Source of the DNA: Bacteroidota bacterium
GTDB taxonomy: Bacteria > Bacteroidota > Bacteroidia > Flavobacteriales > Flavobacteriaceae
NCBI GenBank assembly: GCA_004356305.1
Contig: SMXJ01000035.1
Location: forward strand, 1-38,361
DNA: 38,361 bases
Direction of reading: 5' to 3'
Part shown: positions 17,766 through 26,904 of the stretch, one piece after another
Layout of the letters: the number at the start of each line of letters is the position of its first letter
How positions within the stretch are numbered: position 1 is the stretch's first letter
Made by a program: the position numbers and the translations under genes
Notes under the pieces: generated by a model
The model's database searches: none
What the model saw: the letters and a program-made list of their open reading frames with translations, nothing else
What the model was told of the DNA's origin: nothing

Positions 17766-19790
17766 ATGAAATTCATAAATTTTGCTGTTGTTAAACTCGC
17801 CGTATGTCTTGCCGGCGGGATAGTCATTGCCACTATTTTTCCCATCACTTCTTTCCCTTTGTTTAAATGTCTGTTAGTGTGCGTTTCGCTGTTGTTCGTC
17901 GTTTGGTTCTTGGAAAGACGAAAATTGCAGCAAGGAATCCTCTTCGGTCTTCTTACTTACATGACAATTTTTGTATTTGGCTATGGCAGTTATCAATTGC
18001 GAGATCCTGCTCATCAAAATCGGCATTACTCTCATTTTTATACTGAAAACAATGCATCCTTAATTCAATTGAAAATCAGGGAGGTATTAAAACCTAATCG
18101 ACGACACCACAAGTATTTTGCAGAACTTTTTAAACTGAATTCTAAAAACGTCCATGGAAAGATTCTCGTAACTATTCTAAAGGATTCAACATCATCAGCC
18201 TTCAAAGTTGATGATCTTTTATTGATCTCTTCCGAAATCGAAGAGGTGGCCGGGCCATCAAATCCATATCAGTTCGACTATAAAAAGTACTTGAAAAATT
18301 TAGGAGTGTTCCATCAGGTACGGATTTCAGAAAAACAAATTTTACAGAGGTCAAATGGCCCTACATCATTGAGGGGGTTTTCAGAAAACATTCGGAATCA
18401 TATTATCCATAAATTATCTGAAACACCAATTGAAAAGGCACAAAGGGTAATAATCCAGGCCTTGATATTAGGACAACGAAAGGACATTAGTAAAGAAATG
18501 TACGGTGAATATATCGCAGCGGGTGCACTTCATATCCTGGCCGTTTCGGGCTTGCATGTCGGCATACTGTTTCTGATCTTATCATGGCTGTTTAAACCAC
18601 TCGAGTATTTGAAATTTGGCAAACAAGCTAAATCGGTTTTACTTCTGCTATTTCTATGGGGTTTTGCAATTTTGGCAGGCTTATCACCATCCGTAGTGAG
18701 AGCGGTGACAATGTTTTCATTCTTTGGCCTGGCGGGAATGCTGGACCGGCCTACCAATAGTTTCAACACTTTGTTCTTATCATTTTTTACTTTACTCGTT
18801 TTCAATCCGAATTGGCTGTATCATGTAGGATTTCAACTGAGTTATTTGGCGGTATTCTTCATTCTTTGGATACAGCCCGAACTATACAAATCGTATATCC
18901 CAAAATTTTATCTCGACAAATTGTTGTGGGGTATTATTACCGTAACTCTGGCGGCTCAAATTGGTATTGCACCTCTCAGCTTGTATTACTTTCATCAATT
19001 TCCGGGATTGTTTTTTATCACTAACCTGGTCATACTTCCTTTTTTGGCAATTATACTGGCAGGCGGTTTATTGGTGATAATTCTCACCATAATCGGTCAA
19101 CTGCCAAATTCTCTCGCTTTGGGGTACAATTGGTTGATCAAACAGCTCAATGGTTTTGTACATTGGATCGCTCAACAGCAGACATTTATTTTTACTGATA
19201 TTTCATTCTCTTTCTCCACCATGATAGCCGGTTACGCTCTCATTTTTGCATTGATCCTATGGTGGAAGCTAAAAACAAACAAAGCGTTCCTATATGTGCC
19301 GGCCGTTGTTGCAATATTATTTGGAGTAGGCATATGGGAGAACAGATCTTCAAGTAAGGAACAATTGGTAGTATTCCATAAATCGAGAACCACCTTATTG
19401 GGGTATCAAAATGACCGGGTTTTAACCCTCCTTCAAAATGACACCATCAACTATTTCAACCGGTTTCCTATAAGAGATTATCGAGTGGGGAGCCAGGTTA
19501 CCGGCTTTACTTCAGAATTATTACCCCGGGTTTTCAGGTATCGAAACAAGACCGTACTTCTATTGGACAGTTTGGGTGTATATCCTTCAGAAAAAATAGA
19601 TATTATACTTCTTACCAACAGTCCTAAAGTGCACCTGGAGCGTTTGATCGATAGCATTCAACCTACACAGATCATAGCCGACGGCAGTAATTACAGGACC
19701 TATGTTAAGCGGTGGCACACCACTTGTACGAAAAGAAAAATCCCTTTTCATTACACGGGTGAAAAGGGAGCATATATCTTTGATCGGTGA
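17766..19790 (+). CDS. comEC: ComEC/Rec2 family competence membrane protein
   Basis: DUF4131-like N-terminal region (NPYQFDYKKYL), HILAVSGLHVG, SPSVVRA, GFQLSY; alternative TTG start at 17760. Confidence 0.9.
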   Translation: MKFINFAVVKLAVCLAGGIVIATIFPITSFPLFKCLLVCVSLLFVVWFLERRKLQQGILFGLLTYMTIFVFGYGSYQLRDPAHQNRHYSHFYTENNASLIQLKIREVLKPNRRHHKYFAELFKLNSKNVHGKILVTILKDSTSSAFKVDDLLLISSEIEEVAGPSNPYQFDYKKYLKNLGVFHQVRISEKQILQRSNGPTSLRGFSENIRNHIIHKLSETPIEKAQRVIIQALILGQRKDISKEMYGEYIAAGALHILAVSGLHVGILFLILSWLFKPLEYLKFGKQAKSVLLLLFLWGFAILAGLSPSVVRAVTMFSFFGLAGMLDRPTNSFNTLFLSFFTLLVFNPNWLYHVGFQLSYLAVFFILWIQPELYKSYIPKFYLDKLLWGIITVTLAAQIGIAPLSLYYFHQFPGLFFITNLVILPFLAIILAGGLLVIILTIIGQLPNSLALGYNWLIKQLNGFVHWIAQQQTFIFTDISFSFSTMIAGYALIFALILWWKLKTNKAFLYVPAVVAILFGVGIWENRSSSKEQLVVFHKSRTTLLGYQNDRVLTLLQNDTINYFNRFPIRDYRVGSQVTGFTSELLPRVFRYRNKTVLLLDSLGVYPSEKIDIILLTNSPKVHLERLIDSIQPTQIIADGSNYRTYVKRWHTTCTKRKIPFHYTGEKGAYIFDR

Positions 19791-19799
19791 CCTTAGTGA

Positions 19800-20333
19800 T
19801 CAGAATGCACCTTTGAAATTCTTTTGATAATCCTGCCAGGCTTCCACAGTGGTTAGCCCTTTATAATCGTCATTGGCTATCATCTTCAGATAGATCTCCA
19901 ACTCTTGCGGTGACTTATACCCCGGAAGGGACTGAATCAGGGTGCCGTTCTCTTGAAAAAAGACGATACTAGGATAACCCGTCAATTTCAAAGCATCTGC
20001 AAAGGAATGAGTCGCATTACGGCCTTTTCTGGCCGGTTGGTAATTGGGATTGGTATAGGTAAAATCCTGATAGGTGATCTCTTCGGGTCCTTCAGCATTG
20101 AATTTAACCGGGTAGTAATTCTTGTTGATGAATTTGGCTACTTCTTTATCTCCAAAGGTGTTTTTATCAAGTAATTTACAGGGGCCACACCAAGAGGTGT
20201 ACACATCCATTATAATTTTCCTGGGTTCTTTTTCCTGGGCTGCTAACGCCTCGTCCATGGACATCCACTTAATTTTTTGTGCATTCGTGGAGCCGGCAAT
20301 TAGGAGTAGTATTATAAGCAGCATATTTTTCAT
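19800..20333 (-). CDS. Exported thioredoxin-family protein (copy 1)
   Basis: Signal peptide (TNA-Q), DVYTSWCGPCK, VKFNAEG, cis-Pro loop GYPS. Confidence 0.88.
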   Translation of the reverse strand: MKNMLLIILLLIAGSTNAQKIKWMSMDEALAAQEKEPRKIIMDVYTSWCGPCKLLDKNTFGDKEVAKFINKNYYPVKFNAEGPEEITYQDFTYTNPNYQPARKGRNATHSFADALKLTGYPSIVFFQENGTLIQSLPGYKSPQELEIYLKMIANDDYKGLTTVEAWQDYQKNFKGAF

Positions 20334-20365
20334 AAGAAAAAATTATAGGTAATCTTCGGGATGTT

Positions 20366-20908
20366 CTAACTTTTAAATTCGGGTTCGAAGTTTTGAAAAT
20401 AATCATCAAATCCCTTCTGGCTTTGTATGGTTTCCCATAGATCTGTTCCAAAGAACTTAAGGTACAATTCCATTTGTTGAGGTGTTTTATAACCTTTCAC
20501 CCGGTTGATGAGATCGCCATTTTCATCGATAAAAAGTACAGTAGGATATGCGTTGACACCCATATACGTCGCAAATTGATGCCGGCTATTACGTCTTTGG
20601 GCTTTTGCCGGGTCATAGCCCGGGTTGGTAAAGGATTGTCCATTAGCACTGATCGTTTCATTACCTTCGGCATTAAATTTCACGGCGTAGAAGTTCTTAT
20701 TGATGTATGTGATCACATCCTTATTGCTGAAAGTATTTCGATCCAGCAACTTACAAGGTCCACACCAATTGGTATACATATCCACAAAGATCTTTTTTGG
20801 AACATTGGCCTGGGCAGCTACGGCCTGGTTCATAGTAAGCCAATCGATCTTTTGCGCAGTCATGGAACCGACAAAGAGCAACGTGGTAAAAAGTACTAAG
20901 TATTTCAT
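20366..20908 (-). CDS. Exported thioredoxin-family protein (copy 2)
   Basis: Signal peptide (MTA-Q), DMYTNWCGPCK, VKFNAEG, AYPT; clear paralog of the neighbour. Confidence 0.88.
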   Translation of the reverse strand: MKYLVLFTTLLFVGSMTAQKIDWLTMNQAVAAQANVPKKIFVDMYTNWCGPCKLLDRNTFSNKDVITYINKNFYAVKFNAEGNETISANGQSFTNPGYDPAKAQRRNSRHQFATYMGVNAYPTVLFIDENGDLINRVKGYKTPQQMELYLKFFGTDLWETIQSQKGFDDYFQNFEPEFKS

Positions 20909-20940
20909 CAATATGCGTGTATAATGGCTTGTAATATAAC

Positions 20941-20969
20941 AAAAAACGCTCCCAATGGGAACGTTTTTT
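20941..20969 (-). terminator. Rho-independent terminator after the 594-aa POT transporter
   Basis: Minus strand reads AAAAACGTTCCC-ATT-GGGAGCG-TTTTTT. Confidence 0.7.
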
Positions 20970-20986
20970 AGTCGAATGTATTGTTT

Positions 20987-22771
20987 TTATCTTACGCCGT
21001 GCATGAGTTTTTTAAGTAAGGGATTTAATAGAATCGATAGAAATCCAACACCAATAGGTATCAACGTAAAGATCAAAAAGAAGGTGCTCAACGAATATTC
21101 AGACGATATTTCGTCGATCATTCCACCCATCGTTGCAGCAGCTTTTTGGCCCACAGCGATTGCGAGAAACCATACCCCAAACATAAATCCGATCATTCGA
21201 GCCGGCACCAGTTTACTTAAATAAGATAGCCCAACCGGAGACAGACATAACTCCCCCATAGTATGTAACAAATAGGCTAAAATTAAAAATATCATACTTA
21301 CCGAAGCAGTCATCGCTCCCGATGGAATACTCGATGCGCCATAGGACAATATGGCAAACCCCAATCCTAACAAAATTAATCCCATACCATATTTCATGGC
21401 CGCGCTTGGGTTGTATTTACTCTCCCACCATTTTGAAAATAATGGAGCTAGTGTAATAATGAAGAAAGAATTAAGAATACTAAACCAGGTAGCCTCCACT
21501 TCGGTAACCTCGGACGTAAATTTGTTGTACAACCTAAATATGACCAACACCCATAGGCCTGCAAAGGCGATTCCCAATATTATGTTTGAGAGTCCGATTT
21601 TTGCGAACGTTTTTTTAGAAAGTAAAATTAATACCCAAGTGATAATAATCAGAGGAATTGTTGTAAGCAGGAGGTCGATTATTTTAAATACCATAGCGGA
21701 ATTTCCTTCCAAAGTGCGATTCGTATAATCTCCTGCAAATAAAGCCATTGACCCAAGTGATTGTTCAAAAAAAGCAAAGAAAAACACCGTGAATATACCA
21801 AATATAGAAACCGCAATTATCCTGTCACGCACCACAGGTAAGTATCGTATAATTCGACTGATCATCAATATCAAAAACGCTAAAAGAGCAAATAAAACAA
21901 TCACGTTGTTTCCGCTTAGTCCTCCCATTTCAAAAGGTAGTAGATTCACATTCTTGATTTTTTCTAAAGGGTCATTAAAGAGATAAATCAAACCACCGAC
22001 AGCAGCAAGAACTACCAGAATTTTATCAACCAGTGTAAATGGATTCAATTTTTCATCGGTTACAGGTTCCCTTTGCTCTCCAGGACTTGCTTCATTAATG
22101 TTTTGAGGTAACTCAACTTCGTGTACTTTTGAAGGTTTAGCACCAATTTTTCCAAAGAGATTTTTTGCACGCCAAAACTGGAGCATTCCAAGCAGCATAA
22201 AAATTCCCGCAAGGCCAAATCCATACGACCATCCATAGGTTTCACCGAGATATCCACAAAGCAACATGCCAAAAAAAGCTCCGGCATTTACCCCCATATA
22301 GAAAATGGTATATGCACCATCTTTCTTAGATTCTTTGCCTTTATACATGGTAGAAATAATAGAGGTAATATTAGGTTTGAAAAACCCGGTCCCGATTACT
22401 AATAAGGCCAGACCGATATAAAAAGATTCGGTCGTTTCTAATGTCATTGATGCATGACCCGCGGTCATGATCGAACATCCTATAACGACTGCTATTCGGT
22501 AGCCTGTGATCTTATCGGCTATCCATCCTCCAATAATCGGAGTCAGATAGAGCAAAGATGCATAGGTGCCAATTAAAGCCAAAGCATGCTCTCGTGGCCA
22601 ATCCCAACCCGGGTTATCACTTAAAAAAGGTGCCGTTAAGAAAAAAATAAGTAAAATTCGCATTCCGTAGAACGAGAAACGCTCCCACATTTCGGTAAAA
22701 AACAGAACAAACAATCCCGCAGGGTGACCCAATACTTTGTCCTTGAATAAATTTTCTATGTCGGTATTCAT
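20987..22771 (-). CDS. POT/PTR family proton-dependent oligopeptide transporter (long form)
   Basis: GHPAGL..FFTEMWERFSFYGMR, GGWIADK, GTGFFKPN, FYMGVNAG, GELCLSPVG. Confidence 0.92.
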   Translation of the reverse strand: MNTDIENLFKDKVLGHPAGLFVLFFTEMWERFSFYGMRILLIFFLTAPFLSDNPGWDWPREHALALIGTYASLLYLTPIIGGWIADKITGYRIAVVIGCSIMTAGHASMTLETTESFYIGLALLVIGTGFFKPNITSIISTMYKGKESKKDGAYTIFYMGVNAGAFFGMLLCGYLGETYGWSYGFGLAGIFMLLGMLQFWRAKNLFGKIGAKPSKVHEVELPQNINEASPGEQREPVTDEKLNPFTLVDKILVVLAAVGGLIYLFNDPLEKIKNVNLLPFEMGGLSGNNVIVLFALLAFLILMISRIIRYLPVVRDRIIAVSIFGIFTVFFFAFFEQSLGSMALFAGDYTNRTLEGNSAMVFKIIDLLLTTIPLIIITWVLILLSKKTFAKIGLSNIILGIAFAGLWVLVIFRLYNKFTSEVTEVEATWFSILNSFFIITLAPLFSKWWESKYNPSAAMKYGMGLILLGLGFAILSYGASSIPSGAMTASVSMIFLILAYLLHTMGELCLSPVGLSYLSKLVPARMIGFMFGVWFLAIAVGQKAAATMGGMIDEISSEYSLSTFFLIFTLIPIGVGFLSILLNPLLKKLMHGVR

Positions 22772-22801
22772 AAAATCGGTTTTTTAGTTGCTATATAAAA
22801 A

Positions 22802-22831
22802 CAGAAAAGCCCTATAGTGATCTATAAGGCT
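22802..22831 (-). terminator. Probable terminator/attenuator between the two POT genes
   Basis: Minus strand reads AGCCTTATAG-ATCA-CTATAGGGCT followed by TTTCTGTTTT. Confidence 0.6.
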
Positions 22832-22844
22832 CCTTGAATATTTT

Positions 22845-24236
22845 TTATTGTTTATCGGCTAATTCGAATCCTTCGGGTTCTTCATAATGCATCTCTCTTT
22901 CATCATCTTCAACACCGTGTGTTAAAGCTTCGAATCTTTTTCTTATGGTCATTACTAATAAACCTAAAACTATGCAAAAAACCGCAATACCTGTAAAGAT
23001 CGTATACTCTCCGAGGCTTTCAGACCATTCTCCCAATAATCCGGCTAGCTTACTTCCAAAACCGGTCATTGCAAAATATACCCCCATCATAATAGAAGCA
23101 TATTTAAGAGGAGCTAATTTTGTGATAAATGATAAGGCGACCGGAGATAGACATAATTCACCAATCGTATGAAACAAATAAGCTAAAACCAGCCAATACA
23201 TAGCAGAGGTGCCGGTGGCTTCAAACTGTGCCGTCGCTCCGGTCATAAAAAAGAAACCTCCACCCATAATGATCAAACCTAATATCATTTTGAAAAGTGA
23301 AGATGAAAGTTTGTTTTTCAACTTTCTTTTTGCCCAATAGCCTGCAACAAATGTTCCCAATATAACGATGAAAAAGGCATTCAATGATTGAAACCATGTT
23401 GCCGGAACTTCCCATCCCATAAATATTCGGTTTGTTTTATATTTAGTATAAATATTCATTAGACCACCTGCCTGTTCAAACGCACCCCAAAAAACTATCA
23501 CCAATAAAAAGGAAATAAGCAAGACTGCCACCCTATCTTTTTCGATCTTTGTTAAAGGTTTTTTCATCAATTCTTTCTCCTCTTTATCTTTTGAAGCGCC
23601 TAAGAAATTACCAACGTGTTTTAGATGTTTTTGACCGATATAGTATTGAACCAAACCGAGAAACATCCCTATTCCGGCTAATCCAAAGCCATAATGCCAT
23701 CCATAAACCTCCCCAACATATCCAACTATTATACTGGATAAAAACGCCCCTAAATTAATTCCTATATAAAATATAGTAAACCCTTTATCTCTTCTTATAT
23801 CTCCCTGCTTGTATAGTCCACCAACCATCGTAGAAATATTCGGCTTTAACATCCCTACTCCACAAATGATCAATACCAATCCCGTATAAAAAGCCCACAT
23901 TTCTTCCACCGCTAAAATGCTGTGTCCCATGACCAAGAGAATTCCTCCAACAAAAACCGATTTTTTTTGACCTAAAAACTTATCTGCAATAATTCCTCCT
24001 GGGATTGACATAACGTATACCATCATTGTATACCATCCATATAAAGCTAATGCGTCGCCAGTACTCCATCCTAAACCCGCGTTGCTGTCGGTCGTTAGCC
24101 CAACCAAGTATAATACCAAAATAGCGCGCATTCCATAATAAGAAAATCGTTCCCACATTTCGGTAAAAAATAGAACGAACAGTCCTATGGGGTGTCCGAA
24201 TAATTCCCTCTGGTTTGGTTGTAAAGTAGTTGACAT
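22845..24236 (-). CDS. POT/PTR family oligopeptide transporter (short form)
   Basis: GHPIGL..FFTEMWERFSYYGMR, GGIIADK, GMLKPN, FYIGINLG, FEQAG, WFQSLN, GELCLSPVA. Confidence 0.93.
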   Translation of the reverse strand: MSTTLQPNQRELFGHPIGLFVLFFTEMWERFSYYGMRAILVLYLVGLTTDSNAGLGWSTGDALALYGWYTMMVYVMSIPGGIIADKFLGQKKSVFVGGILLVMGHSILAVEEMWAFYTGLVLIICGVGMLKPNISTMVGGLYKQGDIRRDKGFTIFYIGINLGAFLSSIIVGYVGEVYGWHYGFGLAGIGMFLGLVQYYIGQKHLKHVGNFLGASKDKEEKELMKKPLTKIEKDRVAVLLISFLLVIVFWGAFEQAGGLMNIYTKYKTNRIFMGWEVPATWFQSLNAFFIVILGTFVAGYWAKRKLKNKLSSSLFKMILGLIIMGGGFFFMTGATAQFEATGTSAMYWLVLAYLFHTIGELCLSPVALSFITKLAPLKYASIMMGVYFAMTGFGSKLAGLLGEWSESLGEYTIFTGIAVFCIVLGLLVMTIRKRFEALTHGVEDDEREMHYEEPEGFELADKQ

Positions 24237-24270
24237 ATAATTTGTTGTTAGTTAATAATTATTCTCGTGA

Positions 24271-26484
24271 TCAGTCTTTAATTTCTGTTAGTGCATTCGT
24301 AGGTTTCCCTAAGGATTCTTTTATAAAGTTGGTCATTTTGTTATACAAATGAAGCCTTGTATTACCCCCATAGATGCCATGGTTTTTGTCGGGGTACACC
24401 AACCAATCGAAATCCTTATTTGCCTGTACCAGGGCTTCGACAAGTCGCCACGTATTTTGAGCATGCACATTATCGTCGGCACTCCCATGAACCAACATAA
24501 AATCCCCTTTCATTTTATCTACATGGGTAATGGGTGAGTTATTATCGTAACCGGAGGCATTCTCCTGAGGAGTTTGCATATATCTTTCGGTATAGATGGT
24601 ATCATAAAAACGCCAGCTGCTAACCGGTGCAACGGCTATAGCCATCGCAAAAGTATCTGCCCCCTGAAATAAGCAGTTACTGGACATAAATCCTCCGTAG
24701 CTCCAGCCCCAAATTCCTATACGGGATGCGTCTATATATGGAAGCTTACCTAGTTCTTGTGCCACACTAATTTGGTCTTCAACTTCATACTTACCCAATT
24801 CTTTCTGAGTCATTTTCTTGAAGTCCCGACCTTTTAAACCCGTTCCACGGCCATCAACACAAACTATAATATAGCCCTGCTGTGCTAACATCTGGTGCCA
24901 GTAATCGTTGGAGCTATTCCAACGATTGGCTACTTGCTGAGATCCCGGACCGGAATATTGATACATCAGCAACGGATATCTTTTATTCGGATCAAAATCC
25001 AAAGGTTTGATAGTGTACATGTTCAGGTCATACCCATTCACGTGGATGGTTGAAAACTCCTTAGGTGACAATTTGTAGTTGCTGAGTTTATCCTTTAGAG
25101 CGTTGTTGTTTTTTATCTCTCGAACGCTATTACCTGTCAAGGCCTCGATAAGTGTGAATTCATAAGGAGTTTCCGTATCGGAGAAAGTATTGATGAAGTA
25201 TGTATAGTCTGAACTAAAAGCAGCACTGTTATTTCCCAGTTTATGAGTTAAACGCACCTTGTTCTTTCCGGTATTGCTTACGGAGTATACATCGCGGTTG
25301 ATATTCCCATTTTCAGTACTTTGGTAGTAGATCCGGGCGGTTAACGGGTCAAAACCATAGTAATTGGTTACTTCCCAGTCGCCTTTGGTCACCTGGTTGA
25401 TCAATGTTCCTTTTTTACTGTAGTGATAGATATGATTCCAGCCGTCCTTTTCACTGGTCCAGATAAAGCTGTTGTCGTTGAGAAAGGCGAGATTGTCTGT
25501 AACGTCCACATAAGCGTCATCTCTTTCCTGTAGTATCAATTCTGAAATATTATTCTTCACATCCACAAAAACAAGATCGATGACATCCTGATGACGATTG
25601 GTTAATTGTACGCTCAAAATATTGTTGTCATTGGTCCACTTGATACGTGGGATATAGTAACTGTTAAATAATGAAACATCAACATTGGATATCGTTCCGG
25701 AATTTAGATCGTATAAATGCAAGGAAACATCCGCATTGGCTTCTCCCGCTTTCGGGTATTTAAACACGGTTTGAGTTTGATAGAGTTCTTTGCCATAAAT
25801 GTCCATGGAAAATTCGGGAACCTCGGTCTCGTCAAAGCGAATAAAAGCCAGATGTGTACCGTCTTTGCTCCAATCGAAGGCACGGACAAAGGCAAATTCC
25901 TCCTCATACACCCAATCTGTAATACCATTAATGATCTTATTTTTAACGCCATCAGTTGTCACCTGTATCACTTTCCCGGAATTTAGATCCTTGTAATATA
26001 AATTATTTTTATAGCCATAGGCAACTTTACTACCGTCCGGACTGAAAGTGGGCTCTTGCACCTTGTAATCGGTTAGCAGTGTCAAAGATTTACTCGTGAC
26101 ATCATACACATAATAGGTTCCCAAAGCAGATCTTCTAAACACCTGCTCGATCTTGGTTGACAATAATAATTTCGACTCATCCCCGCTAAATTCGTAGGAT
26201 ATGATGTACGGCACATCCTCCAATTCGCTACTGCTAAACAGCGTCCGTACTTTTTCTCCGCTTTTATAATCAAACACATCTATGGTAGAAACACTCTGTG
26301 CTTTGTTGTAATTCAACACGGAATATTCCTTACCGTTTTTGAGAGAACGCAATACATCCAAACGTTCGGTGTGGAATTCCCGGCCCCATATTTCCTCTAA
26401 ACTAATGTCTTTTTGCTGTGCTGTAAGAGTAGAAAAAGTCGTTATAAAAAACGCCAGCACCGTGAGTGAAAGTAGTCTTTTCAA
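24271..26484 (-). CDS. Dipeptidyl peptidase IV (S9B)
   Basis: Signal peptide; DWVYEEE, YPKAG, YSGPGSQ, GWSYGG (Ser), HGSADDNVH (Asp), YPDKNHGI (His). Confidence 0.94.
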   Translation of the reverse strand: MKRLLSLTVLAFFITTFSTLTAQQKDISLEEIWGREFHTERLDVLRSLKNGKEYSVLNYNKAQSVSTIDVFDYKSGEKVRTLFSSSELEDVPYIISYEFSGDESKLLLSTKIEQVFRRSALGTYYVYDVTSKSLTLLTDYKVQEPTFSPDGSKVAYGYKNNLYYKDLNSGKVIQVTTDGVKNKIINGITDWVYEEEFAFVRAFDWSKDGTHLAFIRFDETEVPEFSMDIYGKELYQTQTVFKYPKAGEANADVSLHLYDLNSGTISNVDVSLFNSYYIPRIKWTNDNNILSVQLTNRHQDVIDLVFVDVKNNISELILQERDDAYVDVTDNLAFLNDNSFIWTSEKDGWNHIYHYSKKGTLINQVTKGDWEVTNYYGFDPLTARIYYQSTENGNINRDVYSVSNTGKNKVRLTHKLGNNSAAFSSDYTYFINTFSDTETPYEFTLIEALTGNSVREIKNNNALKDKLSNYKLSPKEFSTIHVNGYDLNMYTIKPLDFDPNKRYPLLMYQYSGPGSQQVANRWNSSNDYWHQMLAQQGYIIVCVDGRGTGLKGRDFKKMTQKELGKYEVEDQISVAQELGKLPYIDASRIGIWGWSYGGFMSSNCLFQGADTFAMAIAVAPVSSWRFYDTIYTERYMQTPQENASGYDNNSPITHVDKMKGDFMLVHGSADDNVHAQNTWRLVEALVQANKDFDWLVYPDKNHGIYGGNTRLHLYNKMTNFIKESLGKPTNALTEIKD

Positions 26485-26566
26485 ATTGTTAAAATTTTAA
26501 TACGCCAAGTTTACTAAATTTTCATTAAAATTCGCTTGTTTTTCTGTTAAATAGTCCTTTAGCACC

Positions 26567-26644
26567 TCCGCCTACGTTTCGCCACTACATTTCCCGCCTC
26601 CATTTCCCGCCTACATTTCCCGCCTACATTTCCCGCCTACATTT
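26567..26644. repeat. Tandem array: 6 x 13 bp, consensus CCCGCCTACATTT
   Basis: Units start at 26567 TCCGCCTACGTTT, 26580 CGCCACTACATTT and 26593 CCCGCCTCCATTT; those at 26606, 26619 and 26632 are perfect. Confidence 0.92.
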
Positions 26645-26729
26645 TATTTCGGACGGGCAAGTATTTCGGACGGGCAAGTATTGCGGACGGGCATGTAATT
26701 CCGACGGGCGGGCACTTCAGACGGACTGG
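26645..26729. repeat. Tandem array: 5 x 17 bp, consensus TATTTCGGACGGGCAAG
   Basis: Units at 26645 and 26662 are perfect, then 26679 TATTGCGGACGGGCATG, 26696 TAATTCCGACGGGCGGG and 26713 CACTTCAGACGGACTGG. Confidence 0.9.
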
Positions 26730-26875
26730 TAGTATTCAGTACATAGTATCAAGTAAAATTTGAGAACCGAATATATTGCGAATCAAATAAATCTTCCTTC
26801 TTTCAACGATAAACTTTCAAACCTGCTTCTCAAAACTAATCCCTAATACAACTTTAACAAATTCACCAATAACCC

Positions 26876-26883
26876 TATCTTTG
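26876..26883 (+). promoter_or_regulatory. -7 box upstream of HMG-CoA reductase
   Basis: TATCTTTG 21 nt before the ATG at 26905. Confidence 0.6.
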
Positions 26884-26904
26884 TTTATTAAATGCTCTAA
26901 AGAT

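Noticed and set aside
19380-19790. ComEC lacking an HxHxDH metallo-beta-lactamase motif, as a possible pseudogene
   Set aside because: The frame is intact, and ComEC proteins without an active MBL domain are common.
26567-26729. CRISPR array interpretation of the repeats
   Set aside because: The units are 13 and 17 bp, directly adjacent with no unique spacers, and no cas genes are in the window.
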